A stretch of 64,000 nt of DNA from Planctomycetota bacterium. Lineage in GTDB: Bacteria; Planctomycetota; UBA8108; SXIK01. A model generated the notes under the pieces. It ran no database searches, was not told the DNA's origin, and was given only the letters and a program-made list of their open reading frames with translations. Positions 20,101 to 29,932 of this stretch are shown here, piece after piece. A program made the translations under genes and the position numbers. The DNA is taken from the NCBI GenBank assembly GCA_965223845.1, contig CBDCXR010000004.1, positions 4,128,001-4,192,000 on the forward strand. Reading direction: 5' to 3'. Position 1 is the stretch's first letter; the number at the start of each line of letters is the position of its first letter.

Positions 20101-21506
20101 GTGCCGCAGCCAAGGCGTTCGTCCCGACCGACGACAGCTTCGGCCGCTCGTGGACCGAGTTCGAATTCGACGATGCGGACTGGGTCGCAGGGACGACCGG
20201 CGTCGGGTTCGAAGCGGGAACCGGCATCGAGGATCTCATCGGAACCGATGTCGGCGAGGCGATGCTCGACCGACAGACCACCGTGTACGTGCGCGTGCCG
20301 TTCAACGTCGAAAACGCGCGCAACGTCGCCTTCCTCACGCTGTCGATGCAGTTCGACGACGGGTTCGTCGCCTACATTAACGGTCGCGAAGTAGCGCGGG
20401 AGCGAGCCCCCGACGAGCCCACCTGGGACTCGCGTGCGGCAGGGTCGCACTCGGCGAGTCGAGCGTCGGAGTACGACATCTCGAACTCGATCGACGCCCT
20501 CCGGGAAGGTCCCAACGTCCTCGCCATCCACGGGATGAACGTGCGCCCGACCAGCGACGACATGGTCGTTCTCCCGCGGCTCGAAATCAGTGTGTCGCTC
20601 GGCGGCGGAATTCCGATCGAGAACACGATGCGCGTGAAGAGCCGCGCTCTCCTCAACGGCGTCTGGAGTGCGCTCAACGAAGCGACGTTCATCGTCGACG
20701 AGTCGAACGCGCTCCGCGTCAGCGAGCTCATGTACCATCCTCGCCGCCCGGAGGAAGGAAGCTCATTCTCGGACGACGACTTCGAGTTCCTCGAGATCCA
20801 AAACGTCGGCGCGGAAGAAGTCTCACTCGACGGCGTCCGGCTCGCCGGCGGGATCGAGTTCGAATTCGCGAACGGGGACATCCCCGCGCTCGCGCCTGGC
20901 GCGTTCGCCGTCGTCGTCGAGAACCGCGCGGCGTTCGAAGAGCGTTACGGGGGCGGAATCCCAGTCGCCGGCCAGTACTCCGGTCAGCTCAGCAACCGCG
21001 GCGAGGCGATCGAGCTCATCGGCTCGATCGGGGAGACGATCCTCGAGTTCTCCTATTCGGACGCCTGGCACGCGGAGACGGACGGCGGAGGCCGATCGCT
21101 GACGGTGGTCGATCCCGCGGCGTCCGTCGAGAGCTGGCTCACCCGCGACGGGTGGATGCCGAGCACCGCGATCGACGGCTCGCCGGGCGCGCCGGATGAG
21201 TCGCAAGAGGAACGCGGCGGGCTTCAGACTCCCGGAGACGCCGACCAAGATGGCGCACTCTCGATCGCCGATGCAACGACCGTTCTCAGTCGGCTCTTCC
21301 GCGGCATTCCCGCCGAGCTGCCCTGCGACGGACGATCTGCGCTCGACGGCGGGAACGCCGCTCTCTACGACGTAAACGGTGACGCGCGGTTCAACGTGAC
21401 GGACGGGATACACGTCCTTCTCTACCTCTTCGCGGACGGAGCGCCGCCCGCTCTCGGCACGGACTGCGTACGCGTCGAAGGATGCCCGGACGTTTGCGTT
21501 CGTTGA
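17151..21506 (+). CDS. Secreted lamin-tail-domain / CotH-kinase-like protein with C-terminal dockerin-like domain
   Basis: Signal peptide then QVVINEV..DWLELYN (LTD); IRYTTDGS (Fn3-associated); YLNGVYWGLY..ERPD and GNSDWPHKN..WDSE (CotH); second LTD (VSELMYHP); GDADQDG..DVNGD tail. Confidence 0.85.
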   Translation: MSSAPVSADAALAPRGGRSLRTFAFALATSLVVSSTAAAQVVINEVLASNRLTNFDEDGDSGDWLELYNAGDAAVSLAGFGVSDDEAETLKWQIPELVLEPGEFATLWCSGKDRIVPAADTISSDSVMFRPEVVGLDAEWSYLTGSPEDGPPPDGWNTLEFDDAAWPTGKPGFGFGDDDDVTILPEDIGAVFLRHRFEIDDPSSLPNLVIQAKVDDGFVAYLNGVRVASFNFDPNETPEFGSRATRSQEARRHNRVDITAFRDVLEPGPNLLAMVLLNQRSTSSDLSLIPELGTIEAPLHTNFNIASEGETVFLSAPDGTIVDQVELPPQVRDQSFGRLTDGTGAFAYFRVPSPSAPNTGQTSDSPMIVADTRFSIDRGFYDEPFEVEITTETPDATIRYTTDGSPPSPTEGTVYDGPVRIERTTPLRAIAYKDGLDSTNIDTQTYIFLDEIVRQDRQATLARGFPARWGGTTADYGMDPRVIGQDGDDRYGGKYAETIRADLLSIPTLSVSLPTDDLFGAQGIYTNSNARGVQWERSASVELIDPSGSEEGFQVNCGLRIHGGAFRSHGLTKKHSLRLLFKGVHGPTKLRYPLFRGTPIEAFDSLVLRANSNDGWQWAAANAQPVYIRDSFGRETALDGGLVASHERFVHVYLNGVYWGLYNFVERPDASFSASYFGGQKEEWDSISNDTASNGSLAAWQQLVALSRGGFRAEESYEAARGNRPDGTDDPTLETYFDAANTIDYMIVNLYVGNSDWPHKNYWIGRRRGPESTGFKFYMWDSEWSLLLRSPLNTNRTTVNNGVAIPYGAARTNPEFQIQFADRLHHYFFNGGPLYVDPQNPTWNPEHPERNRPAERFMRIADSIERAVVAESARWGDQHSGTPYTRDEHWQRERDAIVRGYFPTRSAIVLSQFRGIGLYPNLEAPRFNQHGGRVEKGFSLTIHAPRGDVYYTLDGSDPRLRGGSLNGTATRSEAVENSTVISEGAAAKAFVPTDDSFGRSWTEFEFDDADWVAGTTGVGFEAGTGIEDLIGTDVGEAMLDRQTTVYVRVPFNVENARNVAFLTLSMQFDDGFVAYINGREVARERAPDEPTWDSRAAGSHSASRASEYDISNSIDALREGPNVLAIHGMNVRPTSDDMVVLPRLEISVSLGGGIPIENTMRVKSRALLNGVWSALNEATFIVDESNALRVSELMYHPRRPEEGSSFSDDDFEFLEIQNVGAEEVSLDGVRLAGGIEFEFANGDIPALAPGAFAVVVENRAAFEERYGGGIPVAGQYSGQLSNRGEAIELIGSIGETILEFSYSDAWHAETDGGGRSLTVVDPAASVESWLTRDGWMPSTAIDGSPGAPDESQEERGGLQTPGDADQDGALSIADATTVLSRLFRGIPAELPCDGRSALDGGNAALYDVNGDARFNVTDGIHVLLYLFADGAPPALGTDCVRVEGCPDVCVR

Positions 21507-21535
21507 TCCATCTCTGCGAAGAGAGGCGACGGACG

Positions 21536-22636
21536 ATGGAGCGGACTTCGCTCAGCCGACACTCCCTGCGCGTCTTCGCGTGTGCGGCCGTAGCCCTGGC
21601 GGTCATCGGCTGCACACGGGAGCCCGAGCCTCGTGAAGTCGAAGACGCGGCGAGCTCAGCGGCGGAAACGGAGCCGGCGCCGCCTGCGACCGAGCGGACT
21701 TCCCGCGCCGACACTGGCGCGGTCGAGGGGACGCCTGCACTCAGCGCGGAGACCGACCCTCCCGAAGTCGTCGAGCAAAAGCTTCACCAGCTCCTCAAGG
21801 CGCGGAACACGGGCTACGAGAGTCAAGGACAGCTCCACTTCGAGGGCGGCCGACTCGTCGCGGCCTCGTTCGCGCGGCTTCCCGTCTCCGACCTCTCGCC
21901 GCTTCGCGGATTCCCGATCGTCGCCATCGATCTGACCGCGACGCGAGTCGTCGATCTGTCTGCGCTCACCGGAATGCCGCTCGAGCGCCTCGCCGCTGCC
22001 GGCACCGGCGTCTCGGACCTTTCGCCCCTCCGCGGGATGAAGATCGTCTCGCTCGACCTCCTTCAGACTCGCGTGCGCGACCTCTCGCCACTCGCCGGAA
22101 TGCCGCTCCGCGAGCTTTTTCTCGACGAGACTCCGGTCGATGACATCTCGCCGCTCAAGGGCGCTCCGCTCGAGAAACTCTATCTCAATAACACTCGCAT
22201 CAAATCTCTCGCCCCGCTCGCCGACGCGCCGCTCACCGAGCTCAACCTGTTCGGCACTCTCGTTCACGACCTCAGCCCGCTCCGAGACGCTCCCCTGCGA
22301 ATGCTGTGGCTGAACGAAACGCCGGTTCAAGACATCACTCCGATCTCGAAGGCGCCGCTCGTCAGTCTGACGCTCCACCGCACTCAGGTGCGCGACCTCG
22401 AGCCGCTCATCGGCAACTCGATTCAGCGGCTCCATATCGGGGACACGCCGGTGCGCGATCTATCGCCGCTCGGTCAGCTCCGTCTCTCGCGACTGATCTT
22501 CTCTCCGAGTCGCATCGAACGAGGGCTCGAGGAGGTCCGCTCGCTAACGACGCTCACCGAAGTCGGATCGACGTTCGAGGGGCGGATGCGCCCGGCCGAG
22601 TTTTGGGCGAAGCTCGACGCCGGCGAGGTGCGGTAG
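21536..22636 (+). CDS. Leucine-rich repeat lipoprotein
   Basis: Lipobox VIGC; about 10 repeats of LxxLxLxxTxVxDLSPL (about 21 aa each). Confidence 0.9.
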   Translation: MERTSLSRHSLRVFACAAVALAVIGCTREPEPREVEDAASSAAETEPAPPATERTSRADTGAVEGTPALSAETDPPEVVEQKLHQLLKARNTGYESQGQLHFEGGRLVAASFARLPVSDLSPLRGFPIVAIDLTATRVVDLSALTGMPLERLAAAGTGVSDLSPLRGMKIVSLDLLQTRVRDLSPLAGMPLRELFLDETPVDDISPLKGAPLEKLYLNNTRIKSLAPLADAPLTELNLFGTLVHDLSPLRDAPLRMLWLNETPVQDITPISKAPLVSLTLHRTQVRDLEPLIGNSIQRLHIGDTPVRDLSPLGQLRLSRLIFSPSRIERGLEEVRSLTTLTEVGSTFEGRMRPAEFWAKLDAGEVR

Positions 22637-22772
22637 GACGACGGCGTCGTCTCGGTCGCTCGATCCTTCGGCTCACCCGCTTGCAATCTCCGGGGAGAGG
22701 TGAACGATGGTCGAACTCCGGACGGCGATTCGTCTGTCCTCTCCACAACCTACTCCAATCGCGAGGTGATCG

Positions 22773-24206
22773 ATGCTCCTCTCCGGCTCGCGTGCGCTCG
22801 GATTCCTCGGCTGCCTGTTCGTCGTCGCCTTCGGCCTCGGCGGTTGTCTCCATTCGGAGCGAGCGTGGGAGAACCATCCGAACAGCGCCCTCGCGCACCT
22901 ACCGGCGAAGACGGCACTCGACGACTACGTGCAGCGCGAAGATCCGAGCTTCGCCTGGAGTATCGTGAACACGCATCGAGACCGCGGTTACACCGCGTTC
23001 GTCGTCGAGTTGACGTCGCAGACCTGGCGCACTGCCGATGAAGTGGATCGTACGCTGTGGAAGCACTGGCTGCGGGTCGTGAAGCCCGACGAGGTCTCAT
23101 CGAACACGGCGCTTCTCATCATCGGCGGCGGCAGCAATCGCGGCGGCGCCCCAAGCGCGCCGAACGAACGGACCATCGCGCTTGCGGCGGCTTCGAGAGC
23201 CGTCGTAGCCGAGCTCGGCATGATCCCGAATCAGCCGCTCCTCTTCTCGGACGGCGACCATCCGCGATTCGAAGATGATCTGATCGCCCACACGTGGAAC
23301 AAGTTCATGGATACGGGCGATCCGACGTGGGTCGCAAGAATGCCGATGGTAAAGGGCGCCGTGCGCGCGATGGACGCGATCACCGCGCTTCTTGCGAGCG
23401 AGCAGGGAGGGCAGCACGCGATTGACGATTTCGTCGTCGCGGGCGGTTCGAAGCGCGGGTGGACGACGTGGCTCACCGGAGCCGTCGAGCCGCGCGTGAA
23501 GGCGATCATTCCGATCGTGATCGATGTCGTCAACATGGTGCCGTCGATGAACCACCACTACTCCGCCTACGGGTTCTGGGCCCCCGCGGTGGGCGATTAC
23601 GTACGGAACGGGATCACCGACCGAAAGGATGAACCGGCCTACCAAAAGCTCGTCGAGCTGGTCGATCCGTACTACTACCGGCATCGGCTCACGATGCCGA
23701 AGTTCGTCCTCAATTCGGCGGGCGATCAGTTCTTTCTCCCCGACTCGTCTCAGTTCTATTACGACGACCTGGTCGGCGAGAAGCATCTCCGCTACGTCCC
23801 GAACTCGGATCATTCGCTCGACGAAACCGACGCGCTCGAAAGCATCGCCGCGTTCTTTCGCGCCGTAATCACGGACACTCCGCGTCCCGAGTACTCGTGG
23901 ACGTTCGAGCGCGACGGCTCGATCCGCGCTCGCGCCGAGGGCGAGGTCGCCGAAGCTCGCCTCTGGCAGGCGACGAATCCGGAGGCGCGCGACTTTCGCC
24001 AGGAGACGATCGGAAACGTCTGGACGAGCACGGTTCTCGCGCCCGACGAAGACGGCAGCTACGTCGGCAGGGTGGACGAGCCTGGGTCGGGATGGACGGC
24101 GTATTTTGTCGAGCTGACGTTCGCGGCGGGCGAAGATGCCAAGCTCAAGCTGACGACGGCGGTGCGCGTGACGCCGGATCGCGTGCCGTTCGACCCGCCG
24201 GAGTAG
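22773..24206 (+). CDS. PhoPQ-activated pathogenicity-related (PqaA-family) alpha/beta hydrolase
   Basis: LTSQTW, WKHW, PNQPL, EDDLIA, GGSKRGWTTW, DQFFLPD, PNSDH. Confidence 0.85.
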   Translation: MLLSGSRALGFLGCLFVVAFGLGGCLHSERAWENHPNSALAHLPAKTALDDYVQREDPSFAWSIVNTHRDRGYTAFVVELTSQTWRTADEVDRTLWKHWLRVVKPDEVSSNTALLIIGGGSNRGGAPSAPNERTIALAAASRAVVAELGMIPNQPLLFSDGDHPRFEDDLIAHTWNKFMDTGDPTWVARMPMVKGAVRAMDAITALLASEQGGQHAIDDFVVAGGSKRGWTTWLTGAVEPRVKAIIPIVIDVVNMVPSMNHHYSAYGFWAPAVGDYVRNGITDRKDEPAYQKLVELVDPYYYRHRLTMPKFVLNSAGDQFFLPDSSQFYYDDLVGEKHLRYVPNSDHSLDETDALESIAAFFRAVITDTPRPEYSWTFERDGSIRARAEGEVAEARLWQATNPEARDFRQETIGNVWTSTVLAPDEDGSYVGRVDEPGSGWTAYFVELTFAAGEDAKLKLTTAVRVTPDRVPFDPPE

Positions 24207-24372
24207 ACCTCGGTTGACCGGATCTTTCTAGGAAGACGTGGTACACGACGTGGACGAAGCACGACGAAGAAGAATGGATCCGCGGTCCGAGCGCGAGCCC
24301 CCGCTCGGAGAGACGATGGGCGGTAGCGAAGCACGACGTCGAGAGAACTCGCCGTGCCCCTACCCCAATCTC

Positions 24373-25419
24373 GTGCGTCGCATTCACGTCGTTCTCGCGG
24401 TCGCGTGCGCGGCGGTGCTCGCACCGACCTCGACCCGAAGCGACGAGGACGCTTCGAAGGCGCCCCCCGAGATTCGCGTCGGGATCATCGGACTCGACAC
24501 TTCACACGCGCCGGCGTTCACGAAGGCATTTCTCGATCCTCAGGATTCGAAGGATCTCGCGGCGTGCCGCGTCGTCGCAGCGTATCCGAAGGGGAGCCCC
24601 GATATCGAGTCGAGCGTCTCTCGCGTCCCCAAGTACACGGCGGAACTGCGTGAGCTCGGAGTCGACATCGTCGATTCGATCGCTGCGCTCGTCGAGCGCG
24701 TCGACGCGGTCCTCCTCGAAACGAACGACGGCCGCCCGCACCTCGATCAGATCGTTCCCGTGCTGGAAGCGGGAAAGCCCGTCTTCGTCGACAAACCCGT
24801 GGCGGGCTCGCTCGCCGACGCGATCGCGATCTATGAGCTCGCCTCGGCAAAGAAGGTCCCGGTGTTCAGCTCCTCGTCACTTCGCTACATGAAGAGCGCC
24901 CAGGAGATCCGCGGGGGCGCGATCGGCGACGTATTGGGCGCCGACGTCTACAGTCCCGCCTGGCTCGAGAAGACTCATCCGGATCTCTTTTGGTACGGAA
25001 TCCACGGCGTCGAGACGCTCTTCACCGTGATGGGTACGGGATGCGTTTCCGTCACCCGTACGACGACTCCAGGCGCGGATGTCGTCGTCGGGCACTGGGC
25101 GAACGGACGCATCGGGACGTTTCGCGGACTCCGAAGCGGAAAGACGGGGTACGGCGGGATCGCGTTCGGCGCGAAGGGAAATCGCGGCATCGGCCCCTAC
25201 GGGGGTTATCGCCCACTCGTCATCGAGATCGCGCAGTTCTTTCGCACCGGCACGAAGCCGATCTCGGATCGGGAGACCATCGAGATCTACGCGTTTATGG
25301 AAGCCGCCGACGAGAGCAAGCGGCGCGGCGGCGAGTCGGTGGAGCTGAAGAGCGTGATCGAGCGCGCCCGTCGCGAAGCGACGGAGCGACTGTCTCGGAT
25401 CAGTCGAATCGCCCAGTGA
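24373..25419 (+). CDS. Exported Gfo/Idh/MocA-family oxidoreductase
   Basis: VGIIGLDTSHA, NDGRPH, VFVDKP, SSSSLR, WYGIHGVE; GTG start chosen before the signal peptide (ORF track starts at 24238). Confidence 0.85.
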   Translation: MRRIHVVLAVACAAVLAPTSTRSDEDASKAPPEIRVGIIGLDTSHAPAFTKAFLDPQDSKDLAACRVVAAYPKGSPDIESSVSRVPKYTAELRELGVDIVDSIAALVERVDAVLLETNDGRPHLDQIVPVLEAGKPVFVDKPVAGSLADAIAIYELASAKKVPVFSSSSLRYMKSAQEIRGGAIGDVLGADVYSPAWLEKTHPDLFWYGIHGVETLFTVMGTGCVSVTRTTTPGADVVVGHWANGRIGTFRGLRSGKTGYGGIAFGAKGNRGIGPYGGYRPLVIEIAQFFRTGTKPISDRETIEIYAFMEAADESKRRGGESVELKSVIERARREATERLSRISRIAQ

Positions 25420-25469
25420 ACGGCGCAGCCGAGATGAGCGGCGCGAACGGAACGGGTTAGAATCCCTGC

Positions 25470-26864
25470 ATGAGACAATCGAGCCACCAGCATCGTCCGA
25501 GCCGCGCTGCCGCGATCACGATGCTCTCCGTGTCGCTCTCGCTCTCGGCGGCCGTCTCGGCACAGACGAAGAAACGCGACATCTCGCCTAGCGCGGAGAA
25601 ACGCTTTCGCCAGGAGCTCACTCGCGCTCTGGTCGCTCCGGCCGAGGCCCGCGGCCGCGCCGCGAAGAAGTTGAGCGCGACGGCGAAGAAGCTCGAAAAG
25701 AAATACTCCTTCGAAAGTCTCATTCGCGCCTTGCGCGCCGGACCGGTGCGTCCGAACGGAGTCCCGAAGCCGAGGCGCACCGCGAGTGGACGGCCCGAGA
25801 AGCTCACTCGCTACGGGAGCGTCGTCACGGGATTCGCGTTCGCGGTGGACGGCGCTAGCTACCGCTACGCGGTCGACGTTCCCGAAAGTTACACGGGCGA
25901 GGAGCCGGTCCCGCTGCTCATCGATCCGGGGCACGGGACGGGCGCGAAGAAAGATCAGAAGGGAAAGGCCGACTTCCTCCCCTTCTACCGCAACATGGCG
26001 ACGCGGGCGCCGAGCGGTGAACGCTGGCTGATCGCCCGCACGGAGATCGTCGAACAAATCGGTGCGGACGGGATCGGGCCGCAAGGTGCGCTCCCCGAGG
26101 ATGCGGTCGCTCGCGTCTTCGACGCCTTTCTTCACGACATCGCAGTCCGCTTTCACGTCGATCTCGATCGCATCTACGTCGCCGGTCTATCGCAAACCGG
26201 GTTTTGGGCTTGGTACCTCGCGAAGAGTCTGCCGGATCGCTTCGCCGGTGCCGCCCCCATGTCGTCCGTCACGTGGCAGGTGAATCGCTATCTACCCAAT
26301 CTGCGCCACGTTCCCGTCTCTATTCTCCACGGCGAGCTCGACCGCGTGTGCCCGGCTTCGCAGTCGCGGCGAACGTTCGAGCTGCTCGAAAAGCTCGAGT
26401 TTCCCGTGACCTACGAGGAGGTGAGCGGCGCGGCACACGACGGCCGCGTATGGGGTCGTCTCGGCGGTGTTCTGGGGAAGCTGTCCGAAACTCCGCGGAC
26501 TCTCTACCCGAAAAAGATCGAGAAGAACGTTCAGACGACGAAGACACCTTGGTGCTATTGGGTCCGCGTCGACAAGCTCGACAAGGTCGGCGATGGCAAA
26601 GCCGCCAGCCGACCGACCGCCTCACTGAAAGCGGAGATCGAGGGACAGCGAATCCTTGTGCAATCGGAAGGGGTCAAGAGGATGACCCTCGCCCTCTCGC
26701 GCGAGCTCCTCGACCTCGACGAGCCGATCCGAGTCGTGTGGAACGGGAAGACGAAACGAATCGACCGCCCGAAGCGTGACTTCGCCCGGTCGGTCGTGAC
26801 GGCCATCGAACGAGGTGACTGGGCGCGCACGTTCGAAGGATTCGTCACCCTCGGGGGACGCTGA
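25470..26864 (+). CDS. Secreted alpha/beta-hydrolase-fold protein (esterase/peptidase-like)
   Basis: Signal peptide; DLDRIYVAGLSQTG, PDRFAG, HGELD, GAAHD give a putative Ser-Asp-His triad. Confidence 0.7.
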   Translation: MRQSSHQHRPSRAAAITMLSVSLSLSAAVSAQTKKRDISPSAEKRFRQELTRALVAPAEARGRAAKKLSATAKKLEKKYSFESLIRALRAGPVRPNGVPKPRRTASGRPEKLTRYGSVVTGFAFAVDGASYRYAVDVPESYTGEEPVPLLIDPGHGTGAKKDQKGKADFLPFYRNMATRAPSGERWLIARTEIVEQIGADGIGPQGALPEDAVARVFDAFLHDIAVRFHVDLDRIYVAGLSQTGFWAWYLAKSLPDRFAGAAPMSSVTWQVNRYLPNLRHVPVSILHGELDRVCPASQSRRTFELLEKLEFPVTYEEVSGAAHDGRVWGRLGGVLGKLSETPRTLYPKKIEKNVQTTKTPWCYWVRVDKLDKVGDGKAASRPTASLKAEIEGQRILVQSEGVKRMTLALSRELLDLDEPIRVVWNGKTKRIDRPKRDFARSVVTAIERGDWARTFEGFVTLGGR

Positions 26865-26868
26865 CAGG

Positions 26869-27702
26869 GTGGCCGAGCTCCCCTTCGCCGATCTCAGCTT
26901 GGCGCGTCGTCTCGAGCGCGCCGAAGGCTCCAGCTGCGCCGGCTTCGTCGAAACGCGCCGCGAGATCGAGCCGAGGAGCGGCGCCGCGGTCTTCCGGCAA
27001 GCGGGGGCGCTCGCGATGTTCGACGGACCGGAGTCGCCGCTCACTCAGACCTTCGGGCTCGGAGTGTTCGATCCCGTCGGCGACTCGGATCTGGACGCGA
27101 TCGAGGCGTTCTACCGCGAGCGTTCGACGCCCGTCCAACTCGAAGTCTGTCCTCTCGCCGGAGTCGAGCTCACGGCGCGGCTCGTCGGGCGTGGCTACGC
27201 GCCCATAGAGATGAGCAGCGTCCTCTATCGCGACTTGACGGCGAGGATCGAGATCGAAGGCTCGCGCGACGAAGCGCTGCGGGTGCGTGCAGCCGATCAC
27301 GATGAAGCAAACCTCTGGGCCGAGACCGCAGCCCGCGGCTGGAGCGAGTTCGGCGACTGTCTCGAGCTCCTCCGTTTCGCAGCGACGGTCAACACTCGCC
27401 GCGAGGGCGCCCACTCGTTCCTCGTCGAAATCGACGGCGAGGCGATCGCCGCGGGCGCACTTTTTCTCGACGCGGACGGAACGATCCTCCTCGCCGGTGC
27501 GAGCACCGTCCCGAGCTTCCGCCGCCGCGGAGCGCAGCGAGCACTCCTCGAGCATCGACTCGAGTTTGCACGAGAGCGCGGCAGCGATCTCGTCATGATG
27601 GTCGCGGAACCCGGGAGCACGTCCCAGCGAAACGCGGAACGCAACGGCTTCCGCATCGCGTACACGCGAACGAAGTGGCGGCTCGACCACCCTCCAGCCT
27701 AG
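26869..27702 (+). CDS. GNAT-family N-acetyltransferase
   Basis: ASTVPSFRRRGAQRALL acetyl-CoA motif, SQRNAERNGFRIAYTR. Confidence 0.88.
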   Translation: MAELPFADLSLARRLERAEGSSCAGFVETRREIEPRSGAAVFRQAGALAMFDGPESPLTQTFGLGVFDPVGDSDLDAIEAFYRERSTPVQLEVCPLAGVELTARLVGRGYAPIEMSSVLYRDLTARIEIEGSRDEALRVRAADHDEANLWAETAARGWSEFGDCLELLRFAATVNTRREGAHSFLVEIDGEAIAAGALFLDADGTILLAGASTVPSFRRRGAQRALLEHRLEFARERGSDLVMMVAEPGSTSQRNAERNGFRIAYTRTKWRLDHPPA

Positions 27703-27741
27703 TCGTTGTTTGACCGCTCCGACGAGAGTACGCTCGGGCGC

Positions 27742-28590
27742 ATGGCTACTTCTCGCGGAACGAAAGCCGCGATCGCCGCCGGCGGACTCGTCCTCGCCGT
27801 CGCCGCTGCGACCGCTCTTCTTTGGAAGCCCATCCTGAGCGGGTACTACCTCCGCGAGTTCCGTTCCGAGCCGGAAACGGTTTTCGCTTGGCTGGACGCG
27901 CCGGCCGAAACCGCGCGGGGACGGGCCGTGCGAACTTTCCTCCGCGGCAAAGCAGGCGGTGCGGTCTTTTTTTCGGAGTTTCGCGACGTCGTGCTCGCGA
28001 CCGTACTCCCTCCCGGCGGCACAGACGCACTCTTCGAAGCCTTCGTGTGGACGACCGGCGACTACGTCTCGTTCTTTCAGTGGGGATCGACTTCGATCGG
28101 CCGCTACGGCGACCTCGGTGGATCGAACGGCGCGGGCTCGATCAATAGCCCACACGATCTCGCCGCGCGACGACGGCGGCTGCTCTCCGGATTCGACACG
28201 GTCGCCGGCCTCCGGTTCGAGCTCCCCGAGTACCCGGAGCTCTCGTTTGCGATTCTCTCCCGCGATGCGGCGTTCGAGGCGAGCGCGGCACCGCTTCGGC
28301 GAGAGATCTCGACTCGCCTTCCGGACGGAGTTTGGGTTTGCCACGTCCGCCGGGTCGGGGCCTCGCGGATTCCCAAGCTGGTCGAGCTCCTCGGCGATTC
28401 CTACGTAACGCATCGCATCGACGCCGCGAACCTGCTCGGTGAGTTGGGAGCGCGGGCGAGGGTGGCGATCCCTGCCCTCGAAGCCGTCACTCGCGAGGAG
28501 ATGATCGAGCTCTTCCCGCAGGTGGATCGAGCCGTGCGCGACGCGCTCGCAAGGATCCGCGGGGAAGACGCACCGAGTCACTCCGAGTGA
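27742..28590 (+). CDS. Membrane-anchored hypothetical protein with C-terminal HEAT-like repeat
   Basis: N-terminal TM; IPKLVELL..AANLLGELG..AIPAL..ALARI. Confidence 0.55.
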   Translation: MATSRGTKAAIAAGGLVLAVAAATALLWKPILSGYYLREFRSEPETVFAWLDAPAETARGRAVRTFLRGKAGGAVFFSEFRDVVLATVLPPGGTDALFEAFVWTTGDYVSFFQWGSTSIGRYGDLGGSNGAGSINSPHDLAARRRRLLSGFDTVAGLRFELPEYPELSFAILSRDAAFEASAAPLRREISTRLPDGVWVCHVRRVGASRIPKLVELLGDSYVTHRIDAANLLGELGARARVAIPALEAVTREEMIELFPQVDRAVRDALARIRGEDAPSHSE

Positions 28591-28591
28591 G

Positions 28592-29905
28592 CTAGACCGA
28601 AGGTCGAGAAGCGCACCACGCGGGTCCGCTGGGGTACTCGTACTCGTCGAGAGAAGCCGCGTGCATCTCGGTACTGTAGCCGGCGTCCTCCGGCGGTAGA
28701 TAGCGCTCGCCGCGCGTCCGGACCCGATGGACGAAGTGCTCATGCAAGTGGTCGACGAATTCGGCGACGCGGTTCTCGAGTGAACCGCTCACGCAGATGT
28801 AGTCCGCCAGCACGAGATGCTGGACGTGCTCACAGAGCCCGACGCCGCCAGCGTGAGGGCAGACGGGGACACCGAACTTCGCCGCCATGAGGAGAACGGC
28901 TAGGATCTCGTTCACTCCACCGAGTCGACAACTGTCGATCTGACAAAACTGGATCGCGTCAGCCTGGAAGAACTGTTTGAACATGACCCGATTGTGACAG
29001 CACTCGCCCGTCGCTACGCCGATCGGATGGAGCGCACGCGCGATCGCCGCGTGGCCGAGAATGTCATCGGGACTCGTCGGCTCTTCGATCCACCAGGGGT
29101 CGAACTCGGCGAGCACGCGCATGTGCTCGATGGCCTCAGGAACGTCCCAAATCTGGTTCGCGTCCATCATCAGCTTGCGATCGGGGCCGATCTCCTCGCG
29201 GATGATTCTCGCGCGCCTCACGTCCTCTTCGAGATCGCGGCCGACCTTGATCTTGAACTTCGACCACCCCGCGGCGAGGGCTTCGCGGCAGAGGCGGCGG
29301 AGCTCATCGTCGGAGTACCCGAGCCAACCCGTCGACGTCGTGTACGCCGGGTACCCGTCCCGCCGCATCTCCGCTTCGCGCTGCGCACGCGTCGGCTCCC
29401 ACTCGCGGAGCATGGAATAGGCCTCGTCGGGAGTGAGCGCGTCCGAAATGTGGCGAAAATCGATCGCGCGCACCCACTCCTCGGGGCTCAGATCGCTGAG
29501 GAGCTTCCAAAGCGGCTTTCCTTCGCTCTTCGCGTAGAGATCCCACACGGCGTTGACGACGGCCGCCGACGCGAGATGGACGACGCCCTTCTCCGGTCCG
29601 AGCCAGCGGAGTTGGCTGTCGCCGGTCACGGATCGCCAGAAGCCGGCCATGTCGTCCCGAATGTCGTCGAGCGAACGCCCGACCACGAACGGTCGCAGCG
29701 ACTCGATCGCGGCCGCACAGAGCTCGGTTCCGCGTCCGATCGTGAACGCGAGGCCGTTCCCGTAGAGTTCGCTGCGATCGGTGTCGAGCGTCAGATAGGC
29801 CGCCGAATAATCGGGATCGGGATTCATCGCGTCCGAGCCCGCGAGCGTTCGCGAGGTCGGGAAACGAATGTCCCGCACGGTGAGATCCGTGATCGTGAGA
29901 TTCAT
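28592..29905 (-). CDS. L-fuconate dehydratase (enolase superfamily, ENOSF1-like)
   Basis: GSDAMNPDPDYSAAY, SQLRWLGPEKGVVHLA, KIKVG, MDANQ, WIEEPTSPDD, TGE, CPHAGGVGLCE. Confidence 0.9.
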   Translation of the reverse strand: MNLTITDLTVRDIRFPTSRTLAGSDAMNPDPDYSAAYLTLDTDRSELYGNGLAFTIGRGTELCAAAIESLRPFVVGRSLDDIRDDMAGFWRSVTGDSQLRWLGPEKGVVHLASAAVVNAVWDLYAKSEGKPLWKLLSDLSPEEWVRAIDFRHISDALTPDEAYSMLREWEPTRAQREAEMRRDGYPAYTTSTGWLGYSDDELRRLCREALAAGWSKFKIKVGRDLEEDVRRARIIREEIGPDRKLMMDANQIWDVPEAIEHMRVLAEFDPWWIEEPTSPDDILGHAAIARALHPIGVATGECCHNRVMFKQFFQADAIQFCQIDSCRLGGVNEILAVLLMAAKFGVPVCPHAGGVGLCEHVQHLVLADYICVSGSLENRVAEFVDHLHEHFVHRVRTRGERYLPPEDAGYSTEMHAASLDEYEYPSGPAWCASRPSV

Positions 29906-29932
29906 CGTGCCGACGGCCGAACTCCCGCCGAC

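Noticed and set aside
17151-21506. CotH domain as evidence of sporulation
   Set aside because: CotH-kinase-like domains are common in secreted proteins of non-sporulating bacteria, and no sporulation genes are present
24255-24340. 12-nt direct repeat CGAAGCACGACG upstream of the Gfo/Idh/MocA gene
   Set aside because: Only two copies with no supporting context; plausibly chance
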